A stretch of DNA of 64,000 bases from the human T2T-CHM13v2.0 reference genome, Homo sapiens. Below the pieces are notes generated by a model. That model was given only the letters and a program-made list of their open reading frames with translations. It searched no databases and was not told the origin of the DNA. The stretch lies in NCBI RefSeq assembly GCF_009914755.1, contig NC_060926.1. One strand, written 5' to 3'. Position 1 is the first letter of the stretch, and each line of letters opens with the position of its first letter. The position numbers and the translations under genes are program-made. Of the stretch, positions 52,175 through 64,000 are shown one piece after another.

Positions 52175-52479
52175 TTCTATACTCTACTGCCTGCTTTTGG
52201 CCCCATCCTGCAGCAACCACCCAGTGGAAAGAAGCCATGTGAGCTTGGAACCGAAACAACCCAGTTGCAAGGGCAAAGAGGGCAAGAGTGATAAGGTGGT
52301 GCTTTTCTAAGCACCAGAGGCTGTTGCAACATCCCGGAAGTTCAGAAAGCACCCAGGGTGCAGGGCCAAAGATTTCTGGTTTATGATCCTTCAGCTACAC
52401 TGCACTCTTTACACAGGTCTCAAGGAAATTTCTGCTCAGCATTTAAAAATCAGACCCTAAAAGAAACAGAGCCTGAAGG

Positions 52480-52957
52480 TGTTACCCGAAAACACCGGGG
52501 TTCATTTGCCTGGCAAGTAACAAATGACTCCCCACAAGAACACAGGTTTTGATCAATAGGAGTTTTATTCTCCAAAGCAGTGTCTCCCTGACGGAAGTGA
52601 CAGAAGGGTTTTATGGCGGTGATGCAGACAGCAGAGGGTGCATTGCTGCATGGAGAGGGGGGTCCTAGCGGCGCAGGCACAGCAAGTCATCACGCCAGCA
52701 TGTGGGTTGCATGTTACGGTTATAAAGCTACAGCTCCACCCAGGGTGGATACTTTAGCATGGTCATCAGGAAAGTTCACTGAGCCTCATCTATAAGTTGC
52801 TGGGGTCTGTCAGGAGTCAGTTCCAGACAACTAGGTGACCACATGCCACAAAGGGTTTGGGAAAACCAGGCTGCAGGGCAGGAGGCTGTAAAATACCCTG
52901 ATTGCTTGAGTGGATTACATTCCTGTAGTCCCTGGAGACCCTCCCTGTCTGCTTACA
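52480..52957 (-). mobile_element. ERV solo LTR (family uncertain)
   Basis: TGTAAGCAGACAGGGAGGGTCTCC...GGTAACA on the - strand; AATAAA on the - strand ~52564. Confidence 0.6.
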
Positions 52958-53004
52958 TTTTTGGTAAGTTCTCTCTCCTTCCAGGCATTGTTCCTATTCT
53001 GGTT

Positions 53005-53298
53005 TATTTTTTTCTTTTTTTGAGATAGATGAGACAGAGTCTCGCTCTGTCACCCAGGCTGGACTGCAGCAGCACAATCTCAGCTCCGTCCCAGGTTCAA
53101 GTGATTCTCCTGCCTCAGCCTCCTAAATAGCTGGAATTACAGGCACGTGCCACCACGCCTGGCTACTTTTTGTATTTTTAGTAGAGACAGGGTTTTGCCA
53201 CGTTGGCCAGGCTGGTTTTGAACTCCTAACGTCAGGCGTTCCATCTGCCTCGGCCTCCCAAAGTGCTGAGATTGCAGATATGAGCCACTGTACCTGGC
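53005..53298 (-). mobile_element. AluS
   Basis: Reverse Alu with a small deletion. Confidence 0.92.
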
Positions 53299-54258
53299 GT
53301 TTCCATTCTTCTTTCATTCATTCACTGACTCATCAAACATTTGCTGAGCACTGCCATGTGCCACTCACTGCGTCCAGTGCTGAGAATGCAGATGAGCCAT
53401 GGAATGGGACGTGGCAGTAAGTGGAAGCTTCCCCTGTTCCTCCATGGCACCGCTCCTCCAACCCCGTTCCTGAGAAGTCCCCAACCTCCAGCCACGAAGG
53501 GGTAAGGCCACTTCAGATAGGAGCCTCCAGGGCTCTGCAACTGTTGTGCCAATCGTTGGATGTGAGGTGGGGAGCATGCACAGGCAAGTGGACTTTGCAG
53601 CACAGGGACAGGCGAGCCCATGGAGGGAGCCCCCACCCAGACAGAGAGCCCAAAAGTCCCCCCAGTGCTCTGGGTCCAGCGGCCCTAGCTGTGGATGCCG
53701 TGACTTGTCCCCAGGGGCAGGGACCAAGCAAGGGGGACTAACACTTATTAAACACTTACTTACAGGGCACAGCTGGTTCTTTCCACCCCAGGGAGTCCTC
53801 ACAACGGCCATGAGTGTTATCCCTGGTTTCCCAGTGAGGACACAGGAAGGCTGAGGGTCTTGTCCAAGGTCCCACAGCTGGGAATCAGGTTCCTGTCCAT
53901 CTGATGACACCCCCCATAGCTCTGTGCTGCCTCTGCAGAGGGTGGCCACTGGACCTATCATGCCTCCATGGTATTCCTAGGAGCTGCTTTAGCTCAAGGA
54001 GTTTGGTGTAGAAACACAGAGCCTTGGTCTCACCTCTAACCAGCTATGTGGACCCCTTAGGTCTCTTCTCCCCGGAGACCTCCTTTTCCTCATCTGTAGA
54101 CTAACAGGGTAAGAAGGCCCAGGACTCTGTCCTCTCTGGATCCACACACCTGGCCTCTGGTCCCATCTGCTCTTGAACCTGTATCTCCTATGCTCCCAGG
54201 CAGGACCTGCAATGAAAATGCAGGGCCCCTGGCCCCAAAACTATTCAGAATGTCAAAA

Positions 54259-55093
54259 TGCCCTTTCCTACATTATACATTATACATTTCTTCAGATCAT
54301 AAGTTTTGTTGCCCACTCAACACCAGTGGCAGTTTGGAGAAGGGAGAGGCCATCCAGACCCACACATTGGGCCAAGCAGAAGGCACCACAGAGACCCAAA
54401 TCAGTATAAAGAGGGGTTCTAAGGATCAGAAAAGGTGAAATCTCTCCCACAAACCCCAGCAGAAGGCATGGCCCGTCTCACTCAAGAAGAGTTGGGATGG
54501 GAGTGTCACTGTCACCGGGTGTGACAATGGTGACAGCAGAGCTTAAAGCAAGCACGGGTCCTTCTGAAACAGGGAACTGTGTGTGGGTCATGCACTCACG
54601 AAGCTGGCCCTGGTTGGACAGAATCTGGCAGAATTTGGTGGCCCTAAAGAAGAGCCAGGTGCCATCCATTGCATGTTCTCAGGGTAGGAGCTCCTGTACC
54701 TCATGTCCTAAGGAGTGCCTAGAAGACAGGAAGCCCTGCCAGTAGGGGCCTGTGGCTGACACCAAGAGCAGCCAAGCCAGGAGCCATTCTTCCCTCCACA
54801 CCTGCTAGCAGGTGCCCAGGTCCAGACTCACACCTGGTGTATGCCAATCATAACACTCCCATCCCAACTCTCCTTGAGCGAGAGGGGCCATGCCTTCTGC
54901 TGGGGCTCGTGGGAGAGATTTCACTTTTTCTGATCCTTAGAACCCCACTTTATACTGATTTGGGTCTCTGTGGTGCCTTCTGCTTGGCCCCATGTGTGGG
55001 TCTGGGTGGTCTCTCTCTTCTCCAAACTGGCACTGGTGTTGAGTGGGCAACAAAACTTATGATCTGAAGAAATGTATAATGTAGGAAAGGGCA
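54259..55093. repeat. Inverted repeat: arms 54259-54506 and 54853-55093, 346-bp spacer
   Basis: Manual alignment: 12 substitutions plus one 7-bp indel over 241 bp; ORF track shows the mirrored peptides (SSDHKFCCPLNTS on both strands). Confidence 0.97.
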
Positions 55094-55575
55094 AGCTTAA
55101 AATGGATGTTAGAAAAACTATCATGCATTTCTGCATTGCTCGCTGGAATGCTCACTCTTGACACCTTCACCTCCCAGGGCTGACTTTGCAGAGGCTGCCA
55201 TGCTGAGAGGAAGCCCAAGCTCCCCCCACATGGATAGACTCCATGGAGAAGACCAATCACCTGACTGCACCCACCTGAGCATCCCCCAGCTGGAAACACC
55301 AAAGAACAAAGCAAGACTGGATGTTAGACCTCACAGTTCCTTAAGTCAGGCTAGGCCCTTCCTAGGGCTCCTCTACTGGCCAGATGGATGAAAATTCTGT
55401 GGGCTTATACAATATGGTGGAGTCTCCTCAAAACAGAAGGTGTAAAATTATTTATCTCATATTAGGTTTGAAAGCTAATATTGATTTAGAAGAGACCCAT
55501 TTAAGAAAGAAGTCTTGAAGCTTGAGCCATGCACCTCTCTGGCTCCAAGCCAGTCATTTTTGAACTGCAGTCTTC

Positions 55576-55939
55576 TGTCTTAGTCCAATTGTGCTTCTAT
55601 AACAAAATGCCTGAGACCAGGTAATTTATAAAAAACAAATTTATTTTCTCATAGTTCTTGAGGCTGGGAAGTCCAAGATCAAGGCACCAGCAGGTTCGGT
55701 GTCCAGTGAGGGCCTATTCCTCATAGATGGCATCGTCCAGGTGTTCTCTTGTGGCAAAAGGAATGAAGGGGAGCAAAGTCTCTCCCTTTGGCCCTTTTTT
55801 AAGGACAATAATCTCACCCATGAGGACAGAGCCCAAGCGGCCTAATCACCTCCTAAAGGCCCATTTCTTAATATTGTTGCTCTGGGGATTAAGGCTCAAC
55901 ATGAATTTTGAAGTAGACATGAACATTCAAACCACAGCA
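55576..55939 (-). mobile_element. MLT1A-type LTR
   Basis: TGTCTTAGTCC...GGCTGGGAAGTCCAAGATCAAGG...AACATTCAAACCACAGCA. Confidence 0.85.
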
Positions 55940-57477
55940 CTTCCAGTCCCTCAAAGTGCAGAATATGAGCTGGAAGTGGGAGGGGTCAACAAATGACCCT
56001 TGACTAAGGGAGCTGGATCACCACCACACAAGCAGCAGCAGGGATGGAGAGCTGAACCTTGGCCTGGGAAGGGGATCCAGGAACATGGCAGGCCCTGGAT
56101 GCTGGACCTCCAGGGCAGAGCAGGACCAGACGCCAGGCTGACTACTATGGCGAGAGGAATTCCTCCTATTCCCTGTATGAGAAATGGGAATTTTACCATC
56201 ATCCTTAGAATGCAGAAGCGACATTAGCATTAACATTTACACTTTTAATTGTTGTTGCTGCATTTGGGACTCCCAGCTCTAGGCAATATGATTGCCAAGC
56301 CATTGCCATTTGTTACTCCACTAAGGGACATTTGGGAACATCCTGCCTCCCTGGGTTCCAGTGTCACTGCAGCCAGAGGCTGTGTGGGAGATGGGGAGGG
56401 ACCAGGTGTGCTCCTGCCATAGGGCTCCCCCATCACTGGGTAAACTGAGGCTTGGCCTGATGTCTTTCTAATTTAAAATCGCAGGACCAGGACCTGCACC
56501 ACTGGACAAAATGAAAGCACCTGTCCCTGCTCAGGAGACAGTGAGAGAGCTTGGCAGTTGGGATGGGGGTTGGGGGTGGAAATAAACAAAAAGATGTACA
56601 CAAGAAATGGCTGAAAAACAAATAAAATGAATGCTAATGAATACTGTGCAGACTGACTCAGTATATTCCCAGGTACAGTGACCAGTGTGCACAGCCAAGT
56701 CCACATGCTCAGTTGCAATGGTGGTCAAATCTCTAGGGAGCCCCCAGCTTCAACGTGTGTGGCTTTTTTTCTCCACTTCAGTTTCAAGTCCCACAGCAAA
56801 CTGGTTGGCCCACTGGGCCTGGATCTAGGAATGTAGATCCAGGGTGTGGATCTGAGTGTGCCTCCAGCCTTCCCTCCCTAGGGTGTCTCTGTGCAGTGGC
56901 CTTGTTCTGTCCTGCTGGGGAGGGACTTTCTTAGGCAGAGAGGAGGGCAGTGGCTGCTGACTGCCCCACCGACGGAGACCCTAGAGGAAGAAGGGACTTC
57001 CAAGTGTATATATAATGCCCCAGAACTGTCCCATTTAGGTTGACTAGGCACTCACCCCTCAGACCCATCCATTACTGTCACCACCCCCAGGCCATGTGCC
57101 CCTTGCCACAGCCAGGAATGACAGGATTCTGAGACTGTGGCTCCATTGGGAACGGGTAACGTGGGCAAGGGGAGAGGGCCAGTCTCCCCCCAGAGAACAG
57201 GGCAGTGCTACCAAAAGAAGAGGGAAAGAGACACAGAGGCACTAAAATCTCTTATGTCTGCAAGATGTGTATATGTTTGTGGCAGTGGGGTGCCAGACTT
57301 GGGTGGGGAATAAATCAATTATTTGTCTGTAATGTCAGGCAGAGGCCAGCAGAGGGAGATGTTGGAATGTGTTGGGATTTGTGGGCCCTCTACCCACAGA
57401 CAGGACTTGGGAAGCCAAGTTTATTCTCGGCTGAGACATTTGTGTTGGTGGTGACCCCAGTAGTTCAGTGTACACTA

Positions 57478-57704
57478 ACTTTGTCTTATGTACAAAACCA
57501 TTTAAAACAGTGTATAAAATTACCTTCAGACTACATGTAAAAGATGTATATGAAAAAAATGAATTTCATGTTTAGACTTGGGCCCCGTCTTCAAGAGATC
57601 TCATTCTGTATATACAGATATTCCGAAATCTGAAAAAAAAAAAAAAATCCAAAATCTGAAACACTTCTGGTCCCAAGCATTTTGGATAAAGGACACTCAA
57701 TCTG
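57478..57704 (+). mobile_element. Tigger4-type terminal fragment
   Basis: AAACACTTCTGGTCCCAAGCATTTTGGATAAAGGACACTCAATCTG terminus; reverse complement of the end at 61521-62030. Confidence 0.75.
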
Positions 57705-58110
57705 CATTGAATTAACAGCACCGCCCAGCTCAGCGAGCCTGCCAGGGGCGTGAGAGCCCTGAATCCACACAGTCTGCTCCAGTCCCCACTTAGATTTTCC
57801 CCAGAGGGAGGCATTTCCTGGTGCTCTTCTCACCATCTAGGCAGCTGGGCATTCTGAAATGTCTCCAGGAAATGCCGTTGGGAGATTTCTGAGACTCTTC
57901 AATCAAACCCAGGCCTTCAGGGAGCACCCAGGTTGCAAGTGGTGAGTCCAGAGTGCAAGTGTTGTGCTGAGAGTGCTGATGGTGCAGAAAGCCCTGGATT
58001 TGAAACCCCAGATGCAAACGAGCTTGGGTCAGCTGCCTGACTTCCTTGTGCTTCTGTTGCCTCTCCCTAAAATGGAGATATAGTAGTTCCTGCCTAAAAA
58101 GTTTGATGCG

Positions 58111-58534
<424 letters not shown>

Positions 58535-58720
58535 CTACGTAACTGGTTGCACATAAATCTGTCCCAAATATTTGCAGCTGACCCCTTCAGGCAGGAACAG
58601 CCCATCACAATGGATAGAAAGCATGTTAAATGCCTGTGGGCTCCCTGCCTTCTTAAGGACACATGACCCAACTTTTCCAATTAACTTGAGGTCACAGAAC
58701 ATCAATCAGTATATTATGTG

Positions 58721-61470
58721 TTTTTGTTTTATTTTAATTTTTGTGGGTACATAGTTGTTGTGTATATCTATGGGTTACATTGGATGTTTCGATACAGCAT
58801 GCAAAGTGTAATAATCACATCAGGGTATATAGGGTATCCATCACCTCAAGCATTTATCTTTTGTGTTTCAAACAATCCAATTATACTCTTTTACTTATTT
58901 TTAAATGTACAATTAATTTTTTTTTACTGTCATCATCCTGTTGCACTAGCAAATACTAGGTCTTATTCATTCTTTCTAACTATTTTTTTGTACCCCTTAA
59001 TCATCCCTCTTTCACCTCTATCCTCACCCTCCCCAGCTACCCTTCTCAGCCTCTGGTAACCACCTTCTACTCTTCATCTCCAAGAGTTCAATTGTTTTAA
59101 TGTTTACCTCCCACAGATAAGTGAGAACATGTGATGTTTGTCTTTCTTTGCCCAGCTTATTTCACTTACCATAATGACCTCCAGCTCAATCCGTGTTGTT
59201 GCAAATGATAGGATTTCATTCTTTCTTTATAGCTGAATAGTACTCCTTTGTGTGTATGTACCACGTTTTTTTATTTCTTCATCTGTTAACGGACACTCGG
59301 GTTGCTTCCAAATCTTGACTATTGTGAACAGTGCTGCAATAAACATGACAGTGCAGATACTTCTTCAATATACCGATTTCCTTTCTTTTGGGTGTACACC
59401 TAGCGGTGGGATTGCTGGATCATAGGATAGCTCTATTTTTAGTTTTTTGAGAAACCTCCGAACTGTCCTCCATAGTGATCGTACTAATTTACATTCCCAC
59501 CAGCAGTGAATGAGAGCTCCTTTTTCTCCACATCCTTGCCAGGATTTATTATTGCCTGTCTTTTGGATAAAAGCCATCTTAACTGGGGTGAGATGATATT
59601 TCACTGTAGTTTCGATTTGCATTTCTCTGATGATCATTGATGCAGAGCACCTTTGCATATACCTGTTTGCCATGTGTATGTCTTCTTTCGAGAAATGTCT
59701 ATTCAGATCTTTTGCCCATTTTAAATCTATTATTAGATTTTTTTTCTATAGAGTTTTTGGAGCTCATTATATGTTCTGGTTATTAATCCCTTTTCAGATA
59801 GGTAGTTTGCAAATATTTTCTCCATTCCATGGGTTGTCTCTTCACTTTGTTGTTTCCTTTGCTGTACAGAAGCTTTTTAACTTGATGTGCTCCCATTTGT
59901 CCATTTTTGCTTTGGTTGCTATGCCTGAGGCAAAAAGAAAAGTCTTTTCCCACTCCAATGTCCTGGAGAGTTTCGCCAATGTTGTTTTTAGTAGTTTCAT
60001 AGTTGGGACCTTAGATTTAAGCCTTCGATCCATTTTGATTTGATTTTTATATATGGAGAGAGATAGGGGTCTAGTTTCATTCTTCTGCATATGGATATCC
60101 AGTTTTCCCCCAGCACCATTTGTTGAAGAAACAGTCTTTTCCCCAATGTATGTTCTTGGAAACTTTGTCAAAAATGAGTTTACTGTAGATGTATGAATTT
60201 ATTTCTGGGCTCTCTATTCTGTTTCACTGGTCTGTGTGTCTGTTTTTAGGCCAGTACCATGCCATTTTGGTTACTATAGCTCTGTAGTATAATTAAAGTC
60301 AGGTAATGTGATTCCTCCAATTTTGCTCTTTTTGCTTAGGATAGCTTTGGCTATTCTTGGTCTCTTGTGGTTCCATATTAATTTTAGATTTTTTTCTATT
60401 TCTGTAAAGAATGTCATTGGTATTTTGATAGGGTTGCATTAAATCTGTAGATTGCTTTGGGTAGTATAGATATTTTAATGATATCAATTCTTCCAATCCA
60501 TGAACATGGAATATCCATTTTTTGTGTCCTCCTCAATTTCTTGCGTCAGTGTTTTATAATTTTCATTGCAGAGATCTTTCACTTCTTGGTTAATTCCTAA
60601 GTATTTTATTTTATTTGTAGCTATCGTAAATGGGATTGCTTTGATTTCTTTTCAGATTGTTCGATGTTGACATTTACAAATTTTTTGATTTTGTATGTTG
60701 ACTTTGTATCCTGCAACTTTGCTGAATTTGTTTATCAGTCCTAATAGTTTCTTGGTTGGGTCTTTAGGTTTTACCAAATATAAAATTATATCATCTGCAA
60801 ACGAGGATAAATTTGACTTCTTCCTTTCCAATTTGGATGCCCTTCATGTCTCTTTCATCTGATTGGTCTAGCTAGAATTTCCAGTACTACATTGAATAAC
60901 AGTGGTGACAGTGGACATCCTTGTTGTGTTCCAAATCATAGAGGAAAGGCTTTCAGTTTTTCCCCATTCAGTATAATACTAACTGTGGGTCTGTCATATA
61001 TAGCTTTTATTGTGTTGAGGTATGCTCCTTCTCCACCCAGTTTGTTGAGGGTTTTTATCATGAAGAGATATTGAATTTTACCAAATGCTTCTTTAGCATT
61101 CATTAAAATTATCATTTTTTTTGTCCCTCACTCTGTAAATATGATGTATCGCATTGATTGATTTGTGTATGTTGAACCACCGTTGCATCCTTGGGATAAA
61201 TCACACTTGGTCATGATAAATGATTTTTTTAACATATTGTTGAATTCACTTTGATAGTATTTTGTTGAAGATTTTGGCATCAATATTCATCAGAGATATT
61301 GGCCTGTAGTTTTCATTTTCTGATGTGTCTTTGTCTGGTTTTGGGATCAGGGTAATGCTGGCCTTGTAGAATGAGTCTGGAAGTATCATCTCCTCTTCTG
61401 TTTTTCAGAATAGTTTGAGTAGCATTGGCACTAGTGCTTAACTATTTGGTAGAATTCAGCAGCGAAGCCA
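58721..61470 (-). mobile_element. L1MA (L1MA1-3-like), 5'-truncated, 2.75 kb
   Basis: 3' UTR TTTTTGTGGGTACATAG..; ORF2 C-terminal peptides ([24 protein letters not shown]). Confidence 0.92.
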
Positions 61471-61534
61471 AGTATGCTATGTTAATTTGGTGACGCCAAG
61501 TATGCTATGTTAATTCAATGCGGGTTGAGTATCC

Positions 61535-61822
61535 TTTTTTTTTTTTTTTTTTTTTTGAGACGGAGTCTCGCTCTGTCGCCCAGTGGCACGATCTTGGCTC
61601 ACTGCAAGCTCCGCCTCCTGGGTTTACGCCATTCTCCTCAGCCTCCGGAGTAGCTGGGACTACAGGCGCCCGCCACCAAGCCCGGCTAGTTTTTTCTATT
61701 TTTTGGTAGAGACAGGGTTTCACCATGTTAGCCAGGATGATTGCGATCTCCTGACCTCATGATCCACTCGCCTCAGCCTCCCAGAGTGCTGGGATTACAG
61801 GCGTGAGCCACCACACCCGGCC
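61535..61822 (-). mobile_element. AluY inserted into the Tigger4 TIR
   Basis: TSD AGTATCCTTT; AluY diagnostics. Confidence 0.93.
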
Positions 61823-62333
61823 AAGTATCCTTTATCTAAAATACTTGGGACAAGAAGTGTTTCAGATTTCAGATTTTTAAAAAGATTTTGGAATATTTGC
61901 TTATACATAATGAGATGTCTTGGATATGGGGCTCAAGTCTAAACATTAAACTGATGTGTTATATACATCTTATACACATATTCTAAAGGTAATTTTATAC
62001 AATTTTTTAGTAATTTTGTGCATGGAACAAAGCGAACCTTCAGAAAGCAAAGGTGTCACAATCGCAGCCACCCATGTGGACAATCTGTGGTTGTTTGGCA
62101 TCACCATCACTCCTGACTCTGAATTTATATGCTACCGATAGGCAATCATTTTCTTACCATTATTCACATGTAAATATTTAAGAGTAAAAAATCTTACATA
62201 TCATTAATAGAGTGAAAAAATAATGTACTCATGGTAATTAAGCAGCATAGTAGCATCACCAGAACACCTGGATCAGCTGCAAAACAACAGCAACAAACAA
62301 CGGCAGGCTTTTGTTGTCATTTTTAGTGGGGTT

Positions 62334-62655
62334 TGTTTTTTGTTTTTTGTGTTTTGTTTGTTTCTGAGACATGGTCTCACTCTGTCACTCAGGCTGGTGT
62401 GCAGTGGCACGATCATGGCTTACTGCAGCCTCAATCTCCCTAGGCTCAGGTGATCCTCCTGCCTCCTGCCTCCATGCCTCCTGCCTCTGCCTGGGACTAC
62501 AGGCACATGCCACCATGCCCAACTAATTTTTTTTATTTTTTGTAGAGATGGTTTTCGCTATGTTGCCCAAGCTGGTCTCCAACTCCTGGGTTTGCCATTC
62601 TCCCACCTCAGCCTCCAAAACTCTGGGATTAAAGGCATGAGCCCCCAGGGTCCAG
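62334..62655 (-). mobile_element. AluJ inside Tigger4
   Basis: Diverged reverse Alu. Confidence 0.9.
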
Positions 62656-64000
62656 CTAATATGTTTTGAATAAAAAGTTACTGTGTGCTGTACTTTATTT
62701 CGTAGGTGAGAAGAAACATCAGAAGCAGTTGAGGGCCCAGGAAGTGGGTCTTGTAGAGATGAGGAGGTATTCTGCTGGATGGCTTTTAGAATGTTTCCTC
62801 CAGAGTCCTCTGCCTTATTCACAACTGTTTTTGTCTTAAAATCTCTCTTGGATTTTATAAACTGACATGATTTCTTGCTCTGTTAAACTGCTCCAGCCCT
62901 TCAATAAGCCCATCACACATTTTCACCACATGGTCTATAGGCACTTTTTCTGCAGTGTTACATTAACAATAACATCTTCATATCTCTATTATTATGATCA
63001 ACTAGATTTAGAGCCATTTTGGCTTTTTCACCATCAGTAAATGAATGAACAACTAGAGTCTCCTTATTGATCTTGAAAACTTCTTCAATATCCACTTCTC
63101 CCAGCTTAGAGACAGATTCTGGAGGTTGTTTTTTTTGTTTGTTTGTTTGTTTGCATATGTAAGGGGGTCAGACATTGCTTTTTTCCCACTTGACATACGG
63201 AATCCTTCAAAATCACCACCTTGTTCATTGTCATCACTGAACATAGTTGCAGGCCAGACATTGTTCAAGGCCTACACAACTGTCTTCACTGTGTTCCAAG
63301 CATTTGCGACAGCATATATGGCATCCTTCTTGCTAAACTTCTTTTGAAAACCTTTCACACCCACACTTCTGTTCACTGCTGTTAGCATACTGTTCAAGAA
63401 AGAGTTTTTATATTTACTCTTTGTTGATTTAAGGATACCCTGGTCACATGGCTGAATTAATAGAGCCATGTTTGGGGAAAGTACATGGCATAAACATTAT
63501 TTTTTATGAGAATTTCAGCCAGAGGATGAGCAGAACAGTTGTCAAGAAATAACAAAATCTTGCAGTCAACATCTAGTTCAGCTTCCCAGCAGTGAGAACA
63601 AGCCACTGGTACAAAATGTTTGTGAAGACAATCAGAAAAGATGTCCCTAGTGATTCATGCCTTTCTGTTAGCATAATAATAAGCTGATAAATTCTTTCCT
63701 TGAAAACAGCAAGAATGCAAGCTTTTTCCTATCACAGCAAGTGTACACTTAGCATGCCTGCCACATCAGCACATCCCAGCACAGTTATTCTCTCTGTGGC
63801 ATCCTTAATTCCTGCAAGGTCTGTCTCATTAGCTGTAGTCAGTGTCTTTTGGGGGCAATAATACTAAAACAATGATGCTTCATCAGCATTATAGACTCGT
63901 CCTGGCATCAGATTTTCATCAGCAATGACCTTGGCAAACTCATCAGTGAATTCCTCCACTGCTTTGTGATCAGCAGATGTTTCATCACCAGAAATCTTTA

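Larger units (their letters stand above)
61521..64000 (-). mobile_element. Tigger4 (Zombi) transposon with decayed transposase; runs off the window
   Basis: TIR C(G)GGTTGAGTATCC...; LIQPCDQGIL and YNADE motifs on the - strand (ORF 63272..63469). Confidence 0.85.

Noticed and set aside
53365-53961. 198-aa minus-strand ORF
   Set aside because: GC-rich DNA overlapping MIR/L2-like fragments, open in several frames, no recognisable protein
57810-57876. 12-bp inverted repeat GGCATTTCCTGG / CCAGGAAATGCC
   Set aside because: Short arms with a 43-bp spacer; weak structure and no other support

Overview
Primate (human or great-ape) genomic DNA, dense in Alu, L1, LTR and DNA-transposon relics. The only complete protein-coding gene is DBI/ACBP (acyl-CoA-binding protein, + strand). 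Its four GT-AG exons (16590-16598, 17726-17843, 20279-20341, 21784-21857) splice to the 87-aa protein, and several alternative in-frame first exons are visible. DBI lies in a CpG island that, from recalled synteny, is shared head-to-head with C2orf76 (- strand; bases 1-16327 would be its first intron). Downstream are an internally deleted HERV-K HML-8/MER11 provirus (23294-26354), nested MER4-group ERV remnants, MaLR LTRs, L1s and a Tigger4. Structures the repeats do not explain: a ~245-bp-arm, ~95%-identical inverted repeat (54259-55093), a 26-bp templated insertion apparently copied from 2.1 kb away, and two fold-back (template-switch) palindromes. I see no evidence of a new multi-gene system. 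Repeat subfamily names are from memory of consensus sequences and repeat boundaries are approximate. Almost all ORFs in the six-frame track are Alu/L1 or chance ORFs.
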